Shown here in pieces: positions 18,431-29,476 of a DNA stretch of 64,000 nucleotides. The notes below the pieces were generated by a model that worked only from the letters and a program-made list of their open reading frames with translations, was not told where the DNA came from and searched no databases. Origin of the DNA: Achromobacter sp. (GTDB lineage Bacteria > Pseudomonadota > Gammaproteobacteria > Burkholderiales > Burkholderiaceae_B); assembly GCF_032113835.1 (NCBI RefSeq), contig NZ_DAMCTG010000009.1, positions 3,377-67,376 on the forward strand, given 5' to 3'. Within the stretch, counting starts at the first letter, position 1. Every line of letters starts with the position of its first letter. The position numbers and the translations under genes are program-made.

Positions 18431-21172
18431 TCATGTCCCGATCACGGAAGGCTTGATCAGTTTTATGCCTCGCGACGCGTTGTAGCCGTGGATCTCCTTG
18501 ACATCGAGCTTGCGCATGAACCCGACGGTGTGGGCATCAATGATCTGTCCCGGCACCATGATGGGAAACCCCGGCGGGTACGGAATGACGAAATTGGCGG
18601 ACACCAGCGCGGGCCCGGCTTCCAGGCGTTTATCCAGTTCCGCGCTCGCTAACGGGAGATACTCGCAGTCCTCTTCGTTGTAGGCGGCAAAGAATGCCGC
18701 GCGGACGTTGCCTTCCGGCGTGATGCTGCCCGGATCGTCGCGGTATCCATCGTGGAATTGGCTGAAATTCGGCAGGTCCGGCACATCCTCCATCAGACTC
18801 CGGACCCTTTCCGCGAAGGCGGTCCGCCCGGCTTCGCCCGATTCCCTCAACCGCCTTTCGATCTCTTCCGAAATCTCGAGCAGCACCTTGATAAGCGACG
18901 CGACGTCACTGCGGGTGTTGTTGATATTGCTCTGCAACAGCACGCTATTGCGCGAGGTCTTGTTGAGCTGGATGTTGTAGCGCGACGCCAGCAGATTCTT
19001 GAACGCGGTGCCGTCATACCCTGCCGTGCCACACACTAGGGTGAGGCGCGTGGGGTCCAGACAGAATTCATCGTCCTTGAGCGCCTTGGCGGCGGTCAGC
19101 CAGTTCGTGCCGGGAGCCAGAAAATCAACAAAGCCCGAAGCCCGAAACTCCTCGGGGATCATCTTGTCGGCTCCCAGGACACTGAAGTATTTGGAAATCA
19201 GCGGATGCTTGGAAACCTCGCGCCGAATGGCCAAAGCGACCTCAATGGCGCGCATGACGAGTTCGTAGCCTTCCAGCTCCATCTGCCGGCGAGCGACGTC
19301 CAGCGACGCAATGATCTGGGCATTGGGCGACGTGGACGCGTGAATGAAAACCGCCTCGCGGAATGCCGACACATGATGTTCGTAGTCTTCGTCGCGCACC
19401 GCCACGATCGACCCCTGCCGCAGACTGGACATGGACTTGTGCACGGAGTCCGTCTCGTAGACCCGTATCCGCATGGTCCGCGGGTTCGGCGTCAGCTCCC
19501 GGTCCAGCACGCGCGGATCCTTGGGATCCAGGTCTTCGCCCAGTTCGCTGCACTGCGCCTCCCAGGCTTCCTGCGCCTTGGGATCGTCCCGCCACTCGTG
19601 CAAGGCTGCTGCAGCGCCCATGGCGGTGCGCATGCGCAGGAACGGAGACCAGCGCGCAAACCCAAACCAGGCTTCATCCCATAGGAAGATCAGATCCGGT
19701 TTGATGGCCAGGCATTCGGCCATGACGCGGCGGGTATTGTAGATATGGCCGTCAAAGGTGCAGTTGGTCAGCGTCACCATGGCTGCCTTGTCCAGGCGCC
19801 CCGCCGCTTTCAGGTCCAACAGCGCCTGCTTGACGGTGCGTAGGGGCACGGCCCCGTACATCGAGTACTCCGTCATCGGGAACGCTTCCACGTATAGCGG
19901 CTGCGCGCCGGAGAGCACCATGCCGTAGTGGTGCGATTTGTGACAATTGCGGTCCACGATGACGATATCGCCTGGCTTGGTCACCGCCTGATAGACCATC
20001 TTGTTTGACGTCGAGGTGCCGTTCGTGACGAAGAATACGTGATCCGCGCCGACTGCCCGCGCGAACTTCTCCTGAGCGACCTTGATGTTGCCGGTCGGCT
20101 CCAGCATGCTGTCCAGGCCGCCTGTCGTGGCGGAAGTTTCTGCCAGGAACAGATTCAAGCCATAGAATTCGCCGAAATCGCGGATCCAGTTCGACTTGAT
20201 GATCGACTTGCCACGTGCGATGGGCAGTGCATGGAAGGTGCTGATCGGCTTGGCGGCATATTGCTTTAGGTTGTCGAAGTGTGGTGTGGATTGCCGGTCT
20301 CTCACCCCTTCCAGAATATTCAGGTGCACCTCCATGGGCTCCTCGACCTCATAGAACACGCGGCGTATGGCCGACGCGCTGGGGTCTCCGGCAAGCTGCT
20401 CCACCTTCCGGTCGGTGAGCAGATAGATGTCCAGCTCGGGCCTTATGTTGGCAATCAGGCGGGCCAGCTTCACGCCAATCTCTCTCGGCGAATCCACCGT
20501 GGTGTCCAGATGCTGATAGACGGACAGGTAGTCGCGCAGCAGCGAAGCATCGTGCTTGGACGGCACGGGAATGCCGTCGTAGATGACCACTGCCTCGAGC
20601 TTGCCATTGAGAATGGTCGCCAGCAACGCATCCTCGACGCTACCCACCATGACGGGCTCGTAGATCAATGTGTCGTCGTGACGCCGAAGCTCGCGTATTT
20701 CGCGGCACATGGCGGCGACGCGCGCCGGCGGCGCCGGGCTGACGAAAAGCGCCTCAAAGTAGGGCCGCCGCGCAAGGCTTCCGGCCATCCCGGGTGGCGT
20801 GCGGTCCGGCCCCTCCCCAGCCGACTCCTCGGCCGCCTCCCTCTCCCCTTCGTCGTAGCGGTAGCTACCCGACAGCAGTGCGTTGCTCATGCGCAGCACC
20901 AGCCGCGCGGCGCCCATCGCATCGCCATCGGCGATTCGGTCGTCCAGCGTGCGCAGCAATTGCACGCCGGGGTATGCAAAGTAGCTCTCCATCGGCCGCA
21001 GATCGCTCAACGCGTCCTGCACGGCGCCGGACCCGCCCGCCCCCTTGCCGCTGCGTACTTCGGCGGCCCACGTCTGCGCCTTGGCGTTCAGGTCGCGCCA
21101 TCGGTCCAGCCGAGCAGCGGAGATGGAGAACAAATGGTCGAGTTGTTGCCCTTCGTGTATCTCGGTCGACAT
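18431..21172 (-). CDS. Orn/Lys/Arg decarboxylase family protein (large PLP-dependent, biodegradative type)
   Basis: About 913 aa with a response-regulator-like N-terminal wing. The major domain has the PLP-lysine motif DSVHKSMSSL and the C-terminal domain of the family. ATG at 21172 is preferred over the TTG at 21184. Confidence 0.9.
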   Translation of the reverse strand: MSTEIHEGQQLDHLFSISAARLDRWRDLNAKAQTWAAEVRSGKGAGGSGAVQDALSDLRPMESYFAYPGVQLLRTLDDRIADGDAMGAARLVLRMSNALLSGSYRYDEGEREAAEESAGEGPDRTPPGMAGSLARRPYFEALFVSPAPPARVAAMCREIRELRRHDDTLIYEPVMVGSVEDALLATILNGKLEAVVIYDGIPVPSKHDASLLRDYLSVYQHLDTTVDSPREIGVKLARLIANIRPELDIYLLTDRKVEQLAGDPSASAIRRVFYEVEEPMEVHLNILEGVRDRQSTPHFDNLKQYAAKPISTFHALPIARGKSIIKSNWIRDFGEFYGLNLFLAETSATTGGLDSMLEPTGNIKVAQEKFARAVGADHVFFVTNGTSTSNKMVYQAVTKPGDIVIVDRNCHKSHHYGMVLSGAQPLYVEAFPMTEYSMYGAVPLRTVKQALLDLKAAGRLDKAAMVTLTNCTFDGHIYNTRRVMAECLAIKPDLIFLWDEAWFGFARWSPFLRMRTAMGAAAALHEWRDDPKAQEAWEAQCSELGEDLDPKDPRVLDRELTPNPRTMRIRVYETDSVHKSMSSLRQGSIVAVRDEDYEHHVSAFREAVFIHASTSPNAQIIASLDVARRQMELEGYELVMRAIEVALAIRREVSKHPLISKYFSVLGADKMIPEEFRASGFVDFLAPGTNWLTAAKALKDDEFCLDPTRLTLVCGTAGYDGTAFKNLLASRYNIQLNKTSRNSVLLQSNINNTRSDVASLIKVLLEISEEIERRLRESGEAGRTAFAERVRSLMEDVPDLPNFSQFHDGYRDDPGSITPEGNVRAAFFAAYNEEDCEYLPLASAELDKRLEAGPALVSANFVIPYPPGFPIMVPGQIIDAHTVGFMRKLDVKEIHGYNASRGIKLIKPSVIGT

Positions 21173-21232
21173 GGCAGTCCCCAATTGGTTTGCGAAAGCC
21201 CACTGGCCACGCTGGCGGGGCTCGCAGTGCCT

Positions 21233-22921
21233 CTACGAAAGAATCATGATCACCACCATTCCCCAGATCGTCAGCAAGGTATTGCCCACGGCGTAGGTCA
21301 CCGTGTACCCGAGTCCCGGCACCTGGCTCTTGGCCGCTTCGCACACCATGCCCAACGCGGCCGTAGTGGTGCGCGAGCCTGCGCAAATTCCAAGAATCAA
21401 CGCCGGGTCGAAGCGGAAGACGAACTTGGCAATGAACATGCCCAGCACGAGCGGCACAGTCGTCGCGAAGATGCCCCACAGGAACAGGCTGATGCCGAGC
21501 TTCTGCAAGCCCGCGACGAAGCCCGGCCCTGCGGAAATACCGACTACCGCAATAAACACGTTCAAACCCACGGAGTTCATGAACCACAGCGTGGGTTCGG
21601 GAATCCGGCCAAAGGTGGGATGGATGGCGCGGAACCAGCCAAACACGATGCCGGCGATCAACGCGCCACCCGCTGTCGAAATCGTGAGCGGGATACCGCT
21701 GACGTTGATCACGATCGCGCCGATCAGCGCGCCGATGGTGATCGCCAACGACACGAAGGCGACGTCCGTCACAGTCGTGGGCCGGTCGACGTAGCCCAGA
21801 TTCTTGGCCGCGGCATTGATGTCCTGGGTCCGCCCGACCACGGTGATCACGTCGCCGCGGAACAGTTCCGTCTTCGGCAGGATGGGGATCACCGTCTCGG
21901 TCGGCCCGCGCCGGATCTTCTTCAGAAACACGCCGCGCGCGCCGGGCCAGTGCGCCAGTTCCTCCAGCCGCTTGCCGTCCACGCTCTTGTTCGAGACGTA
22001 GATATCGACACCCTCGGTCTTGATGTCCAGCAGTTCGGCGTCCTCGACCTCCCGGCCGCTCGGGCCTAACCGGGCGATCATCTGGTCGCGCTTGCCGCCT
22101 ACCGCGACGATGTCGCCGGCTTCGATGACGGTCGCCTGGTCCACCTCGATGATCTTGCCGCCCCGCCGTATCCGCTCGACAAAGGCCCGGAAGCCGGCCT
22201 GCGTGCCCGCTTCAACCTCACCGACCGTCTTGCCGATGAAGGGGCTGTTCTCAGCGATGGCGTAGGCGCGCACTTCGAACTCGTACCAATGGGTAGCATC
22301 CGCCGCGCCTTGCCCCGCGCCCAGCTTCTGCTCATAGGCCTTGCATGCCGCCACCAGGTCGATGCCAAGCAATTTCGGGCCGATCTGCGCCAGGATGATC
22401 GCCGATCCCACGGTGCCGAAGATGTACGTGACCGCGTACGCGATCGGCATGGCGTCCAGCAACGCCTGCGTTTCCTCCGGCGTGCGGCCCAGCCGGTTGA
22501 TCGCATCGGTCGCCAGGCCCATGGAGGCGGAAATGGTCTGCGAGCCCGCAAACAGCCCGGCCGCGGAACCCAGGTCGTAGCCCGCGAGCATCGCCGCGAC
22601 GACTGCAGCCCCTAACGAGAGCAAGGCCATGATCACGGCGAAGATCGCCTGCGGCAGCCCATCCTTCGCGATGCCACGCACGAACTGTGGACCCACGCCG
22701 TAGCCCACGGCAAACAGGAACATCAGGAAGAAGACCGACTTCACGTTGGGGGATATCTTGACCCCGAGAATGCCGATGACGATCGCGACCAGCAGGGTCG
22801 AGGTCACCGCCCCAAGGCTGAAGCCCTTGAAGCTCTTACCGCCTATCCAGTAACCGATACCAAGCGCCAGAAAGATGGCGATTTCAGGATAGGCCTTCAG
22901 CGTAGCAACAAACCAGTCCAT
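21233..22921 (-). CDS. AspT/YidE/YbjL-family transporter (duplicated permease halves with central TrkA-C/RCK_C domains)
   Basis: 562 aa. The N- and C-terminal blocks are hydrophobic. The central soluble region contains two RCK_C-like repeats (GKTVGEVE ... [14 protein letters not shown] and GKRLEELA ... [11 protein letters not shown]). Confidence 0.9.
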   Translation of the reverse strand: MDWFVATLKAYPEIAIFLALGIGYWIGGKSFKGFSLGAVTSTLLVAIVIGILGVKISPNVKSVFFLMFLFAVGYGVGPQFVRGIAKDGLPQAIFAVIMALLSLGAAVVAAMLAGYDLGSAAGLFAGSQTISASMGLATDAINRLGRTPEETQALLDAMPIAYAVTYIFGTVGSAIILAQIGPKLLGIDLVAACKAYEQKLGAGQGAADATHWYEFEVRAYAIAENSPFIGKTVGEVEAGTQAGFRAFVERIRRGGKIIEVDQATVIEAGDIVAVGGKRDQMIARLGPSGREVEDAELLDIKTEGVDIYVSNKSVDGKRLEELAHWPGARGVFLKKIRRGPTETVIPILPKTELFRGDVITVVGRTQDINAAAKNLGYVDRPTTVTDVAFVSLAITIGALIGAIVINVSGIPLTISTAGGALIAGIVFGWFRAIHPTFGRIPEPTLWFMNSVGLNVFIAVVGISAGPGFVAGLQKLGISLFLWGIFATTVPLVLGMFIAKFVFRFDPALILGICAGSRTTTAALGMVCEAAKSQVPGLGYTVTYAVGNTLLTIWGMVVIMILS

Positions 22922-23389
22922 GACTCTCTCCTTGCCGATCCAAAGATGGAAAGCTCCGTGTCATGCAGTGCGGCGGGTGCTAGTCCGAATAGACGTGGGC
23001 GAGCAGCGTGTTTCGCGGCCGCAGCGCGAAGCGCGAAACTGATTCGAACGGGGAAAGGCTGGCTGGATGAGACGTATCGCGAACATTCATTGCGGCCTCC
23101 GATGCATAAGACAACGGTCAATGAAGACTCTTGCGCGGCTCGAGAGAGCGGCAAGCGCCGAAATGCGATTTGTCACATGGGACTTGTTCTGGTCAGGCGC
23201 CAGCTGTAGCGCACCATGCTTGATGCGAAATCCACCCGTTGCGGGCGGTGGTCTTAATGGTCCCAAAAATGCTGCTTCTGCGGATGAATATACTGCGCCG
23301 AAAAGAAAACAGCACCATCGTTTTTACAGTGACGTATGGCGCCATGGCGGGTTGCCAGTCGCCTTGCGGCTGGCGGTCGCGCGATAGTA

Positions 23390-23409
23390 GGGCTGCCGCG
23401 CGGCAGCCC
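23390..23409 (-). terminator. GC-rich hairpin immediately downstream of the ABC ATPase gene
   Basis: GGGCTGCC-GCGC-GGCAGCCC: an 8-bp perfect stem with a 4-nt loop, 6 nt past the stop at 23415. It has no clear U-tract on the minus strand. Confidence 0.4.
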
Positions 23410-23414
23410 CGGTT

Positions 23415-24140
23415 TCAATGCCGGATCTCCGCCAGAAACTTCTGCGCGCGGGCCGTCTGCGGCCGGTTGAAGAAGGCATCCGGCGTTCCGGTTTCCACAA
23501 TCCGCCCGGCGTCCATGAACCACACGCGATCCGCGACTTCCCGGGCAAAACCCATCTCGTGTGTGACGCACACCATGGTCATGCCGTCCTTAGCCAGCCC
23601 CTTCATGACCTGGAGCACTTCGCCGACCATTTCCGGGTCCAGCGCGCTGGTCGGCTCGTCGAACAGCATAACGGGCGGACTCATTGCCAGGGCTCGGGCA
23701 ATGGCCACGCGCTGCTGCTGACCGCCCGACAATTGCGCGGGAAAGGCATCCGCCTTGTGGGCAAGCCCCACCCGTTCCAACAGTTGCATGGCGCGCTCGC
23801 GCGCTTCGGGGCGGCGGGCGCGCTTGAGCTGCAGCGGCGCCAGCATCAGGTTTTCCATCACGGACAGATGCGGAAAGAGATTGAACTGCTGGAACACAAA
23901 GCCGATATGGCTGCGCAGCGCGTCCAGGTGAACGTCCTTGCCGTAGATGTCCTTGCCGTCGACTTCAATGACGCCCTTCTGGATGGGTTCCAGCCGGTTG
24001 ACGGTGCGGATGAGCGTGGACTTGCCCGAGCCGGAAGGCCCGCACACCACGACCACCTCACCCCGGTCGACCTGCGCCGTCACATCGGCCAGCGCCTGAT
24101 ACTCGCCATACCACTTCTGCACTTCGGAAAATCGGATCAT
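23415..24140 (-). CDS. Polar amino-acid ABC transporter ATP-binding protein
   Basis: Walker [10 protein letters not shown], signature LSGGQQQR, Walker [13 protein letters not shown]-loop CVTHEMGFA. The start ATG at 24140 overlaps the permease stop (ATGA). The longer track ORF to 24851 is a read-through artefact. Confidence 0.95.
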   Translation of the reverse strand: MIRFSEVQKWYGEYQALADVTAQVDRGEVVVVCGPSGSGKSTLIRTVNRLEPIQKGVIEVDGKDIYGKDVHLDALRSHIGFVFQQFNLFPHLSVMENLMLAPLQLKRARRPEARERAMQLLERVGLAHKADAFPAQLSGGQQQRVAIARALAMSPPVMLFDEPTSALDPEMVGEVLQVMKGLAKDGMTMVCVTHEMGFAREVADRVWFMDAGRIVETGTPDAFFNRPQTARAQKFLAEIRH

Positions 24141-24853
24141 GTGGGCACCACTTTCTGGGCAGGCGCAAGTCCGGCGCGCCGTCGGCCTATGCGGCGTTCG
24201 GTCAGGTGCACCAGGGAACTCAGGCCAAAATTCAGGACGAAATAAGTCAGCGCAAGCAGCCCGAAGACTTCGAACGGCTTGGTCAGCAATACGCTGTTGA
24301 TCTGGTTGGCTGCGTACGTCAGCTCCTGGACACTGATCACATAGGCCAGCGAGGTTTCCTTCACCGTGGACACGAACTGGCTCAGCATGCTGGGCAGCAT
24401 GTTGTAGAGCGCCTGCGGCAGGATGACGCGCCGCATGGTCTGCATGTACGACAGGCCCAACGCGCGGCTGGCTTCCTGCTGCCCGGGCGGCAACGCCTGG
24501 ATGCCGGCGCGGATGATCTCGGCCAGATAGGCGCTTTCGTAGCAGACCAGCGCCACCACCATCGTGGTCGTGCCCGCGACGGGACGGCCGATGATGATGG
24601 GCACGAAGAAGTATGCCCAGAAGATGAACATCAGCAGCGGCAGGCCGCGCACCAGGTAGACCACGGCCGACGAGGGCCAATAGAAGATGCGGTACGGGCT
24701 GATGCGGCCCAGCGCCAGCAGCACGCCGCAGGGCAGCGCCAGGGCGAGGCTGACGGCAGCCAGACCCAGGGTCGCGGCCAGGCCGCCGATCGGACCGTGC
24801 GGATATTGGCCGATCAGGAGCAGCAGCCAATTGTCTTTGAGAATGTCCCACAT
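24137..24853 (-). CDS. Amino-acid ABC transporter permease (His/Glu/Gln/Arg/opine family)
   Basis: 238 aa with an EAA-type loop ([24 protein letters not shown]) and multiple TM helices. Confidence 0.9.
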   Translation of the reverse strand: MWDILKDNWLLLLIGQYPHGPIGGLAATLGLAAVSLALALPCGVLLALGRISPYRIFYWPSSAVVYLVRGLPLLMFIFWAYFFVPIIIGRPVAGTTTMVVALVCYESAYLAEIIRAGIQALPPGQQEASRALGLSYMQTMRRVILPQALYNMLPSMLSQFVSTVKETSLAYVISVQELTYAANQINSVLLTKPFEVFGLLALTYFVLNFGLSSLVHLTERRIGRRRAGLAPAQKVVPT

Positions 24854-24855
24854 GG

Positions 24856-25557
24856 TCAGCGCACTCCCAACGGACGATAGCGTCGTTGCAGCATCGCGCC
24901 GCCGCCCATGATCAGGAAGGACAGCACGAGATAGATCACCGTCACCACCGCATAGGCCTCGAACGTGCGGAACGTGTTGTTCTCGATCTCTCGCCCGGCC
25001 GCCGTCAGCTCGGTGACGCCGATGGCCATCGCCAGGCTGGTGTTCTTGAGCAGCAGCAAGGTCTGGTTCAGCAACGGCGGGATTGCAATGCGGAAGGCCT
25101 GCGGAAGCACCACCTTGCGCATTGTCTTCAGGAAGCTCAAGCCTAGCGCGCGGGCCGCCTCGACCTGCCCGGGCGGAATGCCGCGCACCGCGCTGCGCAG
25201 GTCTTCGCAGACGTAGGCAGACATCACCAGCCCGATCGCAATGCAGGAAAGGATGAATTCGCTGCCATGACTGTTGAGCCAGTCGGTGACAGGGGCCGGC
25301 AGCAGCGCGGGCACGCCGAAGTACCAGAACATGATGTGCACCAACATGGGCACATTGCGGTGGAACGCGACATACGTCGCGATCAATCCATTGGCGACAG
25401 GCGAGCCCGTCAGGCGGATCACCGCCAGCAGGCTGCCCACGAAGAACGCCAGAATCCAGGAAAGCCCGGCCAGCGCCAGGGTGGTGATCAACCCCCTGAG
25501 CAGCCAGTCCGGATACTCGCCCTGGAAAATGGCGCTGAAGTCGAAGATGTAATGCAT
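24856..25557 (-). CDS. Amino-acid ABC transporter permease
   Basis: EAA loop [24 protein letters not shown]. Start taken at MHYIFDF (ATG 25557). Confidence 0.9.
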   Translation of the reverse strand: MHYIFDFSAIFQGEYPDWLLRGLITTLALAGLSWILAFFVGSLLAVIRLTGSPVANGLIATYVAFHRNVPMLVHIMFWYFGVPALLPAPVTDWLNSHGSEFILSCIAIGLVMSAYVCEDLRSAVRGIPPGQVEAARALGLSFLKTMRKVVLPQAFRIAIPPLLNQTLLLLKNTSLAMAIGVTELTAAGREIENNTFRTFEAYAVVTVIYLVLSFLIMGGGAMLQRRYRPLGVR

Positions 25558-25585
25558 CGAACCAGGCTCCAGCGCGCGCAGCGCA

Positions 25586-26413
25586 TCAACCCTTGATTTC
25601 TTCGATGCGGAAGTCGCGCTTGATGTTGAACTGGGTGCCGGCGCCAAACCACTTGTCAAAGGTCTTGGTGGCCTGTCCGGACGCTTCCATGCCGTCCAGC
25701 ACCTTGTTCACCTGATTCAGCATCGCAGTGTCGCCCTTGCGCACGCCGACGCCCCACGGTTCGATGAACAGCGCAGGCTCCAGGATCTTGACCGGCACGG
25801 CGCTCGAGGCGGCCTGGTGCTGCAGCTTGACCAGCATCAGTTCCGAACCGACGAAGCCGCTGACCTTGCCCTGCTGCAACGCCAGGAACGCGCCGCTGGG
25901 ATCCTTGAACGTGACCGGATCGACGTTCGGGATGTTCTTGCGCGCGCCCTGCTCCGACGACGAACCGCGCACGGCGCTGACGCGCTTGCCGGCAAGGTCG
26001 GCGGGCGCCTTCAGATCCTTGTCCGATTCGCGCGACAGTATTTTTTGCGGGCTGACGAAATGCTGGTGCGAATAATCGATCTGCTTGGCGCGCTCGGGCG
26101 TCCAGCCCAGGTTGGCGGCCACCACGTCGACGCGGCCGGCGATCAGTTCGGGGATGCGCGCCTCGACGGCGATCAGCTTGAGCTCGAGCGGCACGCCCAG
26201 GCTGTCGGCCAGCGCCTGGCACACGTCGACTTCATAGCCGACGATGCCGCGGGTCTTCGGGTCCTGGAAGCTGAACGGCTCGGCCGTGCCCATGGTGCCG
26301 CAGATGAACTTGCCGCGCGCCTTGATGTCCTGCAGCGTGTCGGCATTGGCCGCGGGGGCCAGCGTTGCGGCCAGGCCAACGATGGCGACGAAAGAGGAGA
26401 TGAACGTCTTCAT
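25586..26413 (-). CDS. Amino-acid ABC transporter periplasmic substrate-binding protein
   Basis: Signal peptide MKTFISSFVAIVGLAATLAPAANA, then the family-3 SBP pattern (IKARGKFICGTMGTAEPFSFQD ... GYEVDVCQALA). The track ORF upstream of 26413 is a spurious extension. Confidence 0.9.
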   Translation of the reverse strand: MKTFISSFVAIVGLAATLAPAANADTLQDIKARGKFICGTMGTAEPFSFQDPKTRGIVGYEVDVCQALADSLGVPLELKLIAVEARIPELIAGRVDVVAANLGWTPERAKQIDYSHQHFVSPQKILSRESDKDLKAPADLAGKRVSAVRGSSSEQGARKNIPNVDPVTFKDPSGAFLALQQGKVSGFVGSELMLVKLQHQAASSAVPVKILEPALFIEPWGVGVRKGDTAMLNQVNKVLDGMEASGQATKTFDKWFGAGTQFNIKRDFRIEEIKG

Positions 26414-26457
26414 GGAATTCCCTTGGTATGTAGGTATGGGTGCTGCAAAAAACGGCT

Positions 26458-27675
26458 TCAGGCCAGGCGCGCGCATGCTTCGCGAATGCGGCGGCAGCCC
26501 TCTTCGATGTTTTCCATTGAGGTCGCGAAGCTCAGCCGCAGATACGGCGACAGGCCATAGGCCGCGCCGTCCAGACAAGCCACGCCCGCCTCGTCCAGCA
26601 GATACATCACGACGTCGAGGTCGCTGCCCAGCTTTTGGCCGGCCGGCGTGGTTCTGCCCAGCAGCCCTTCGACCGACGGATACACGTAGAACGCGCCTTC
26701 CGGGACCGGGCAACGAATGCCGGGCACCTCGTTCAGCAACGACACGATGCGGTCGCGCCGGGCGTGGAACAGCGCATTGGCGTCCCGCACGCACTGCTGA
26801 TCGGCAGTCAGTGCGACGCGCGCGGCCGACTGGCTGATCGCGCTTACGCAACTGGTGCTTTGCGAGATCAGCGTGGCCATGGCCTTGATCAGCGCCTTGG
26901 GACCGCCGGCGTAACCCAGGCGCCAGCCCGTCATCGCGTAGGCCTTCGACACGCCATTGATGGTCAGCGTGCGCGCAGCCAGTTCGGGCGCCACCGCAGC
27001 GGGGGACTGATGCCGCGCTTCGCCATAAGCCAGATGCTCGTAGATCTCGTCAGTCAGCAACCAGACGTGCGGATAGCGTGCCAGCACGGCTGCCAACGCA
27101 CGCAACTCGTCCGCGCCGTACATCGCGCCAGTGGGATTGCTGGGCGTGTTCAGCAGGACCCACTTCGTGCGCGGCGTGATGGCGCGTTCCAAGGCGTCCG
27201 GGGTCAGTTTGAAGCCGTCCGACTCGGGGCAGACCACCACGACCGGCGTGCCGTCATTGACCAGCACCATGTCGGGGTACGAGACCCAGTACGGCGCCGG
27301 GATGATGACCTCGTCGCCTGCCTGCACGGTGGCGGCCAGCGCGGTGAAGATCAGCTGCTTGGCGCCCACGCCGACGATGAGTTCGTCCGTGCCATATTCC
27401 AACCCGTTCTCATGCTGGAATTTGGCGCGCACCGCTTCGAGCAGCGGCTTGGCGCCGACGGACGACGTATAGCGGATGTCGCCGCTGTTGAGCGTGTCGA
27501 TGCCTGCCTGGACGATATGCCCCGGCGTGGGCAGGTCGGGTTCGCCGACCGTGAAGTCGACGATGTCGCGGCCCTGGGCGCGCAGTTGGTCGACCCGGCT
27601 CTTGGCCATCATGCTGGGCGACGGTTTGATGGCGCGGGTGCGTTCGGCCAGGAAATCTGCGGTGACGGCGTTCAT
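26458..27675 (-). CDS. Class I/II PLP-dependent aminotransferase (aspartate aminotransferase-like)
   Basis: 405 aa with the PLP-lysine motif NGVSKAYAMTGWRLGY, and PSNPTG upstream. Confidence 0.9.
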   Translation of the reverse strand: MNAVTADFLAERTRAIKPSPSMMAKSRVDQLRAQGRDIVDFTVGEPDLPTPGHIVQAGIDTLNSGDIRYTSSVGAKPLLEAVRAKFQHENGLEYGTDELIVGVGAKQLIFTALAATVQAGDEVIIPAPYWVSYPDMVLVNDGTPVVVVCPESDGFKLTPDALERAITPRTKWVLLNTPSNPTGAMYGADELRALAAVLARYPHVWLLTDEIYEHLAYGEARHQSPAAVAPELAARTLTINGVSKAYAMTGWRLGYAGGPKALIKAMATLISQSTSCVSAISQSAARVALTADQQCVRDANALFHARRDRIVSLLNEVPGIRCPVPEGAFYVYPSVEGLLGRTTPAGQKLGSDLDVVMYLLDEAGVACLDGAAYGLSPYLRLSFATSMENIEEGCRRIREACARLA

Positions 27676-28346
27676 GCGAGCCCCTTCGCGGCAAACGCGG
27701 CCTGCATCCAGCTCTGGCTTTTCTCGCCCGTGGCGATTTCCGCCATGATGCGCGCTTCCTTGTCGGCATGCGCACGGGCCGCGGCGATCAGGGCCTCGGC
27801 TTCCGACGCCGCGAAGCTGACCAGTCCGTCTTCGTCGCCCACAAGAATGTCGCCCGGGTTGATGACCTGCCCGCCGATCGACACCGGCACGTTGACCTCG
27901 CCGGGGCCGTCCTTGTAGGGGCCGCGGTGGATATGGCCGCGCGCATAGCAGGGGAAGCTGTCGGCTTCGAAGGCCGCAACGTCGCGGATGGCGCCGTCCA
28001 CGACAACGCCCGCGCAGCCATGGATCTGAAGATAGCGCTTCATGATTTCGCCAAGCACGGCATTGGACAGATCGCCGCCGGCATCCACCACCAGCACGTG
28101 ACCCTGCTGGATCTGCATCATGGCCTTGTAGATCAGCAGGTTGTCGCCGGGCCGGGTCTTGACCGTCAGCGCGGTGCCGACCAATTTGCCGCTTCCGTTG
28201 TAGCGGCGCAGTCCGGTGATGCCCTCGCGGCGCGCGAGGTTGTCGCTGAGGTGCGGGGTGACGATGCCTGCCAGCGCTTGCAGTACGGAGGCGGGCGCAA
28301 CGGGAGAGGCGGGCAAGATGCGCGCGCCGGTGGAGATGGAAGCCAT
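27672..28346 (-). CDS. RraA-family protein (HMG/CHA aldolase / oxaloacetate decarboxylase-like)
   Basis: GDNLLIYKAM ... GHVLVVDAGGDLSNAVLGEIM ... GCAGVVVDGAIRD, typical of RraA-like proteins. The stop overlaps the aminotransferase start by 4 nt. Confidence 0.85.
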   Translation of the reverse strand: MASISTGARILPASPVAPASVLQALAGIVTPHLSDNLARREGITGLRRYNGSGKLVGTALTVKTRPGDNLLIYKAMMQIQQGHVLVVDAGGDLSNAVLGEIMKRYLQIHGCAGVVVDGAIRDVAAFEADSFPCYARGHIHRGPYKDGPGEVNVPVSIGGQVINPGDILVGDEDGLVSFAASEAEALIAAARAHADKEARIMAEIATGEKSQSWMQAAFAAKGLA

Positions 28347-28560
28347 GTCGGTCTGCTTGTCCTGAGTCGAAGGACGCTCCGTTTCTCGCGCTGTCGCTGG
28401 CAAAACGGGGCGGCCGGTAATGAATCAGACCGAATGGTGCGAGCTTTTGCGATTCCGAAAAAGGGATTAAATTTCAGCGAACTTCATCACTTTTCAGAAT
28501 ATAGGGGTTACCCCCTATCGGAACTTTCGGAATGAACCTCAAGATCTGCCGGGCACGCGC

Positions 28561-29460
28561 ATGCTGACTTTCAAACAGATCGAAGCGCTTTATTGGACGG
28601 TCCGGCTGGGGACATTTTCTGCGTCGGCGCAGAAGCTGCACACGACGCAATCGGCCATCACCAAGCGCATCCAGGAACTGGAAGCCGACTTCGACATCGC
28701 CCTTTTTGACCGGTCGGGCCACCGGGCCGAGCTGACGGCCCGGGGGCATGAGATCTATGCCCTGGCCGAACAGATGCTGGGCCACCGCGACCGTCTGCTG
28801 GCGCGCTTGAAGGGGCAGCACACGCTGACGGGCACCTTCCGGTTCGGCATCACGGAGATCACCGCGATGACCTGGCTGCCCGCCCTGATCCGGCTGCTGC
28901 GCGCGCACTATCCGCGCATCACGCTGGAACCGCATATCGATCTGGGCGCCGACCTGCTCAAGCGTCTGCAGGCCGGGCAACTGGACATGGCATTTCTACA
29001 CGGCGAGTTCGCCGAACCGAATCTGCAGGTCGTCGCGCTGCAGCGCCTTGAATTTGCCTGGATGGGCAGCCCCGACCTGATCGACGCCAGCCACATCTAC
29101 ACCCCGGCCGACATTGCCAAGTTGCCGCTGCTGCGGCAGAGCCGCGAGTCCGGGCTGAACATGATCTACGACGGCTGGCTGCGCCCGCACACGGCGGCGA
29201 GCAACATCTTCACCATCAACAGCCTCATCGCGATGGCCGGATTGACCGCCGCCGGGTTTGGCGTGAGCTGCCTGCCACGCGATTATTTCGCGGACATGGT
29301 GAGCACGCGGCAACTCGTCATCGCCCGAACCAGCGTCGCGCCGCCGCAGTCGGTGTACAGCGCAATGTTCCGCAGGGACGCGGACGTGGCGTTTTGCGAG
29401 AGCGTGGCGGAATTGGCGGAGAGTTGCTGCGAATTTTCAACGGGGTGGCGTTTGCGTTGA
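28561..29460 (+). CDS. LysR-family transcriptional regulator
   Basis: N-terminal HTH (FKQIEALYWTVRLGTFSASAQKLHTTQSAITKRIQELE) plus a substrate-binding domain. It is divergent from the ABC/aminotransferase operon. Confidence 0.9.
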   Translation: MLTFKQIEALYWTVRLGTFSASAQKLHTTQSAITKRIQELEADFDIALFDRSGHRAELTARGHEIYALAEQMLGHRDRLLARLKGQHTLTGTFRFGITEITAMTWLPALIRLLRAHYPRITLEPHIDLGADLLKRLQAGQLDMAFLHGEFAEPNLQVVALQRLEFAWMGSPDLIDASHIYTPADIAKLPLLRQSRESGLNMIYDGWLRPHTAASNIFTINSLIAMAGLTAAGFGVSCLPRDYFADMVSTRQLVIARTSVAPPQSVYSAMFRRDADVAFCESVAELAESCCEFSTGWRLR

Positions 29461-29476
29461 CGCGCGAAACGAAGTT

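Noticed and set aside
20279-22069. 596-aa plus-strand ORF opposite the decarboxylase and transporter genes
   Set aside because: Antisense shadow ORF with low-complexity R/A/G/H/Q composition. The minus-strand genes have unambiguous motifs (the PLP-lysine SVHK and RCK_C repeats).
23041-23053. GATTCGAAC string resembling the reverse complement of a tRNA T-loop
   Set aside because: The flanking 5-nt arms (AACTG / CGGGG) are not complementary, and no acceptor or anticodon stems can be built. It is not a tRNA.
23415-24851. Track ORFs that fuse or over-extend real genes (23415-24851, 25586-26851, 47127-48440, 49631-50962, 60214-62136, 61446-63071, 42635-44320)
   Set aside because: In each case the N-terminal part is Arg/Pro/Ala-rich filler lying over a neighbouring gene or intergenic DNA. 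A downstream ATG with an SD, a signal peptide or the family-typical N-terminus gives the real start.
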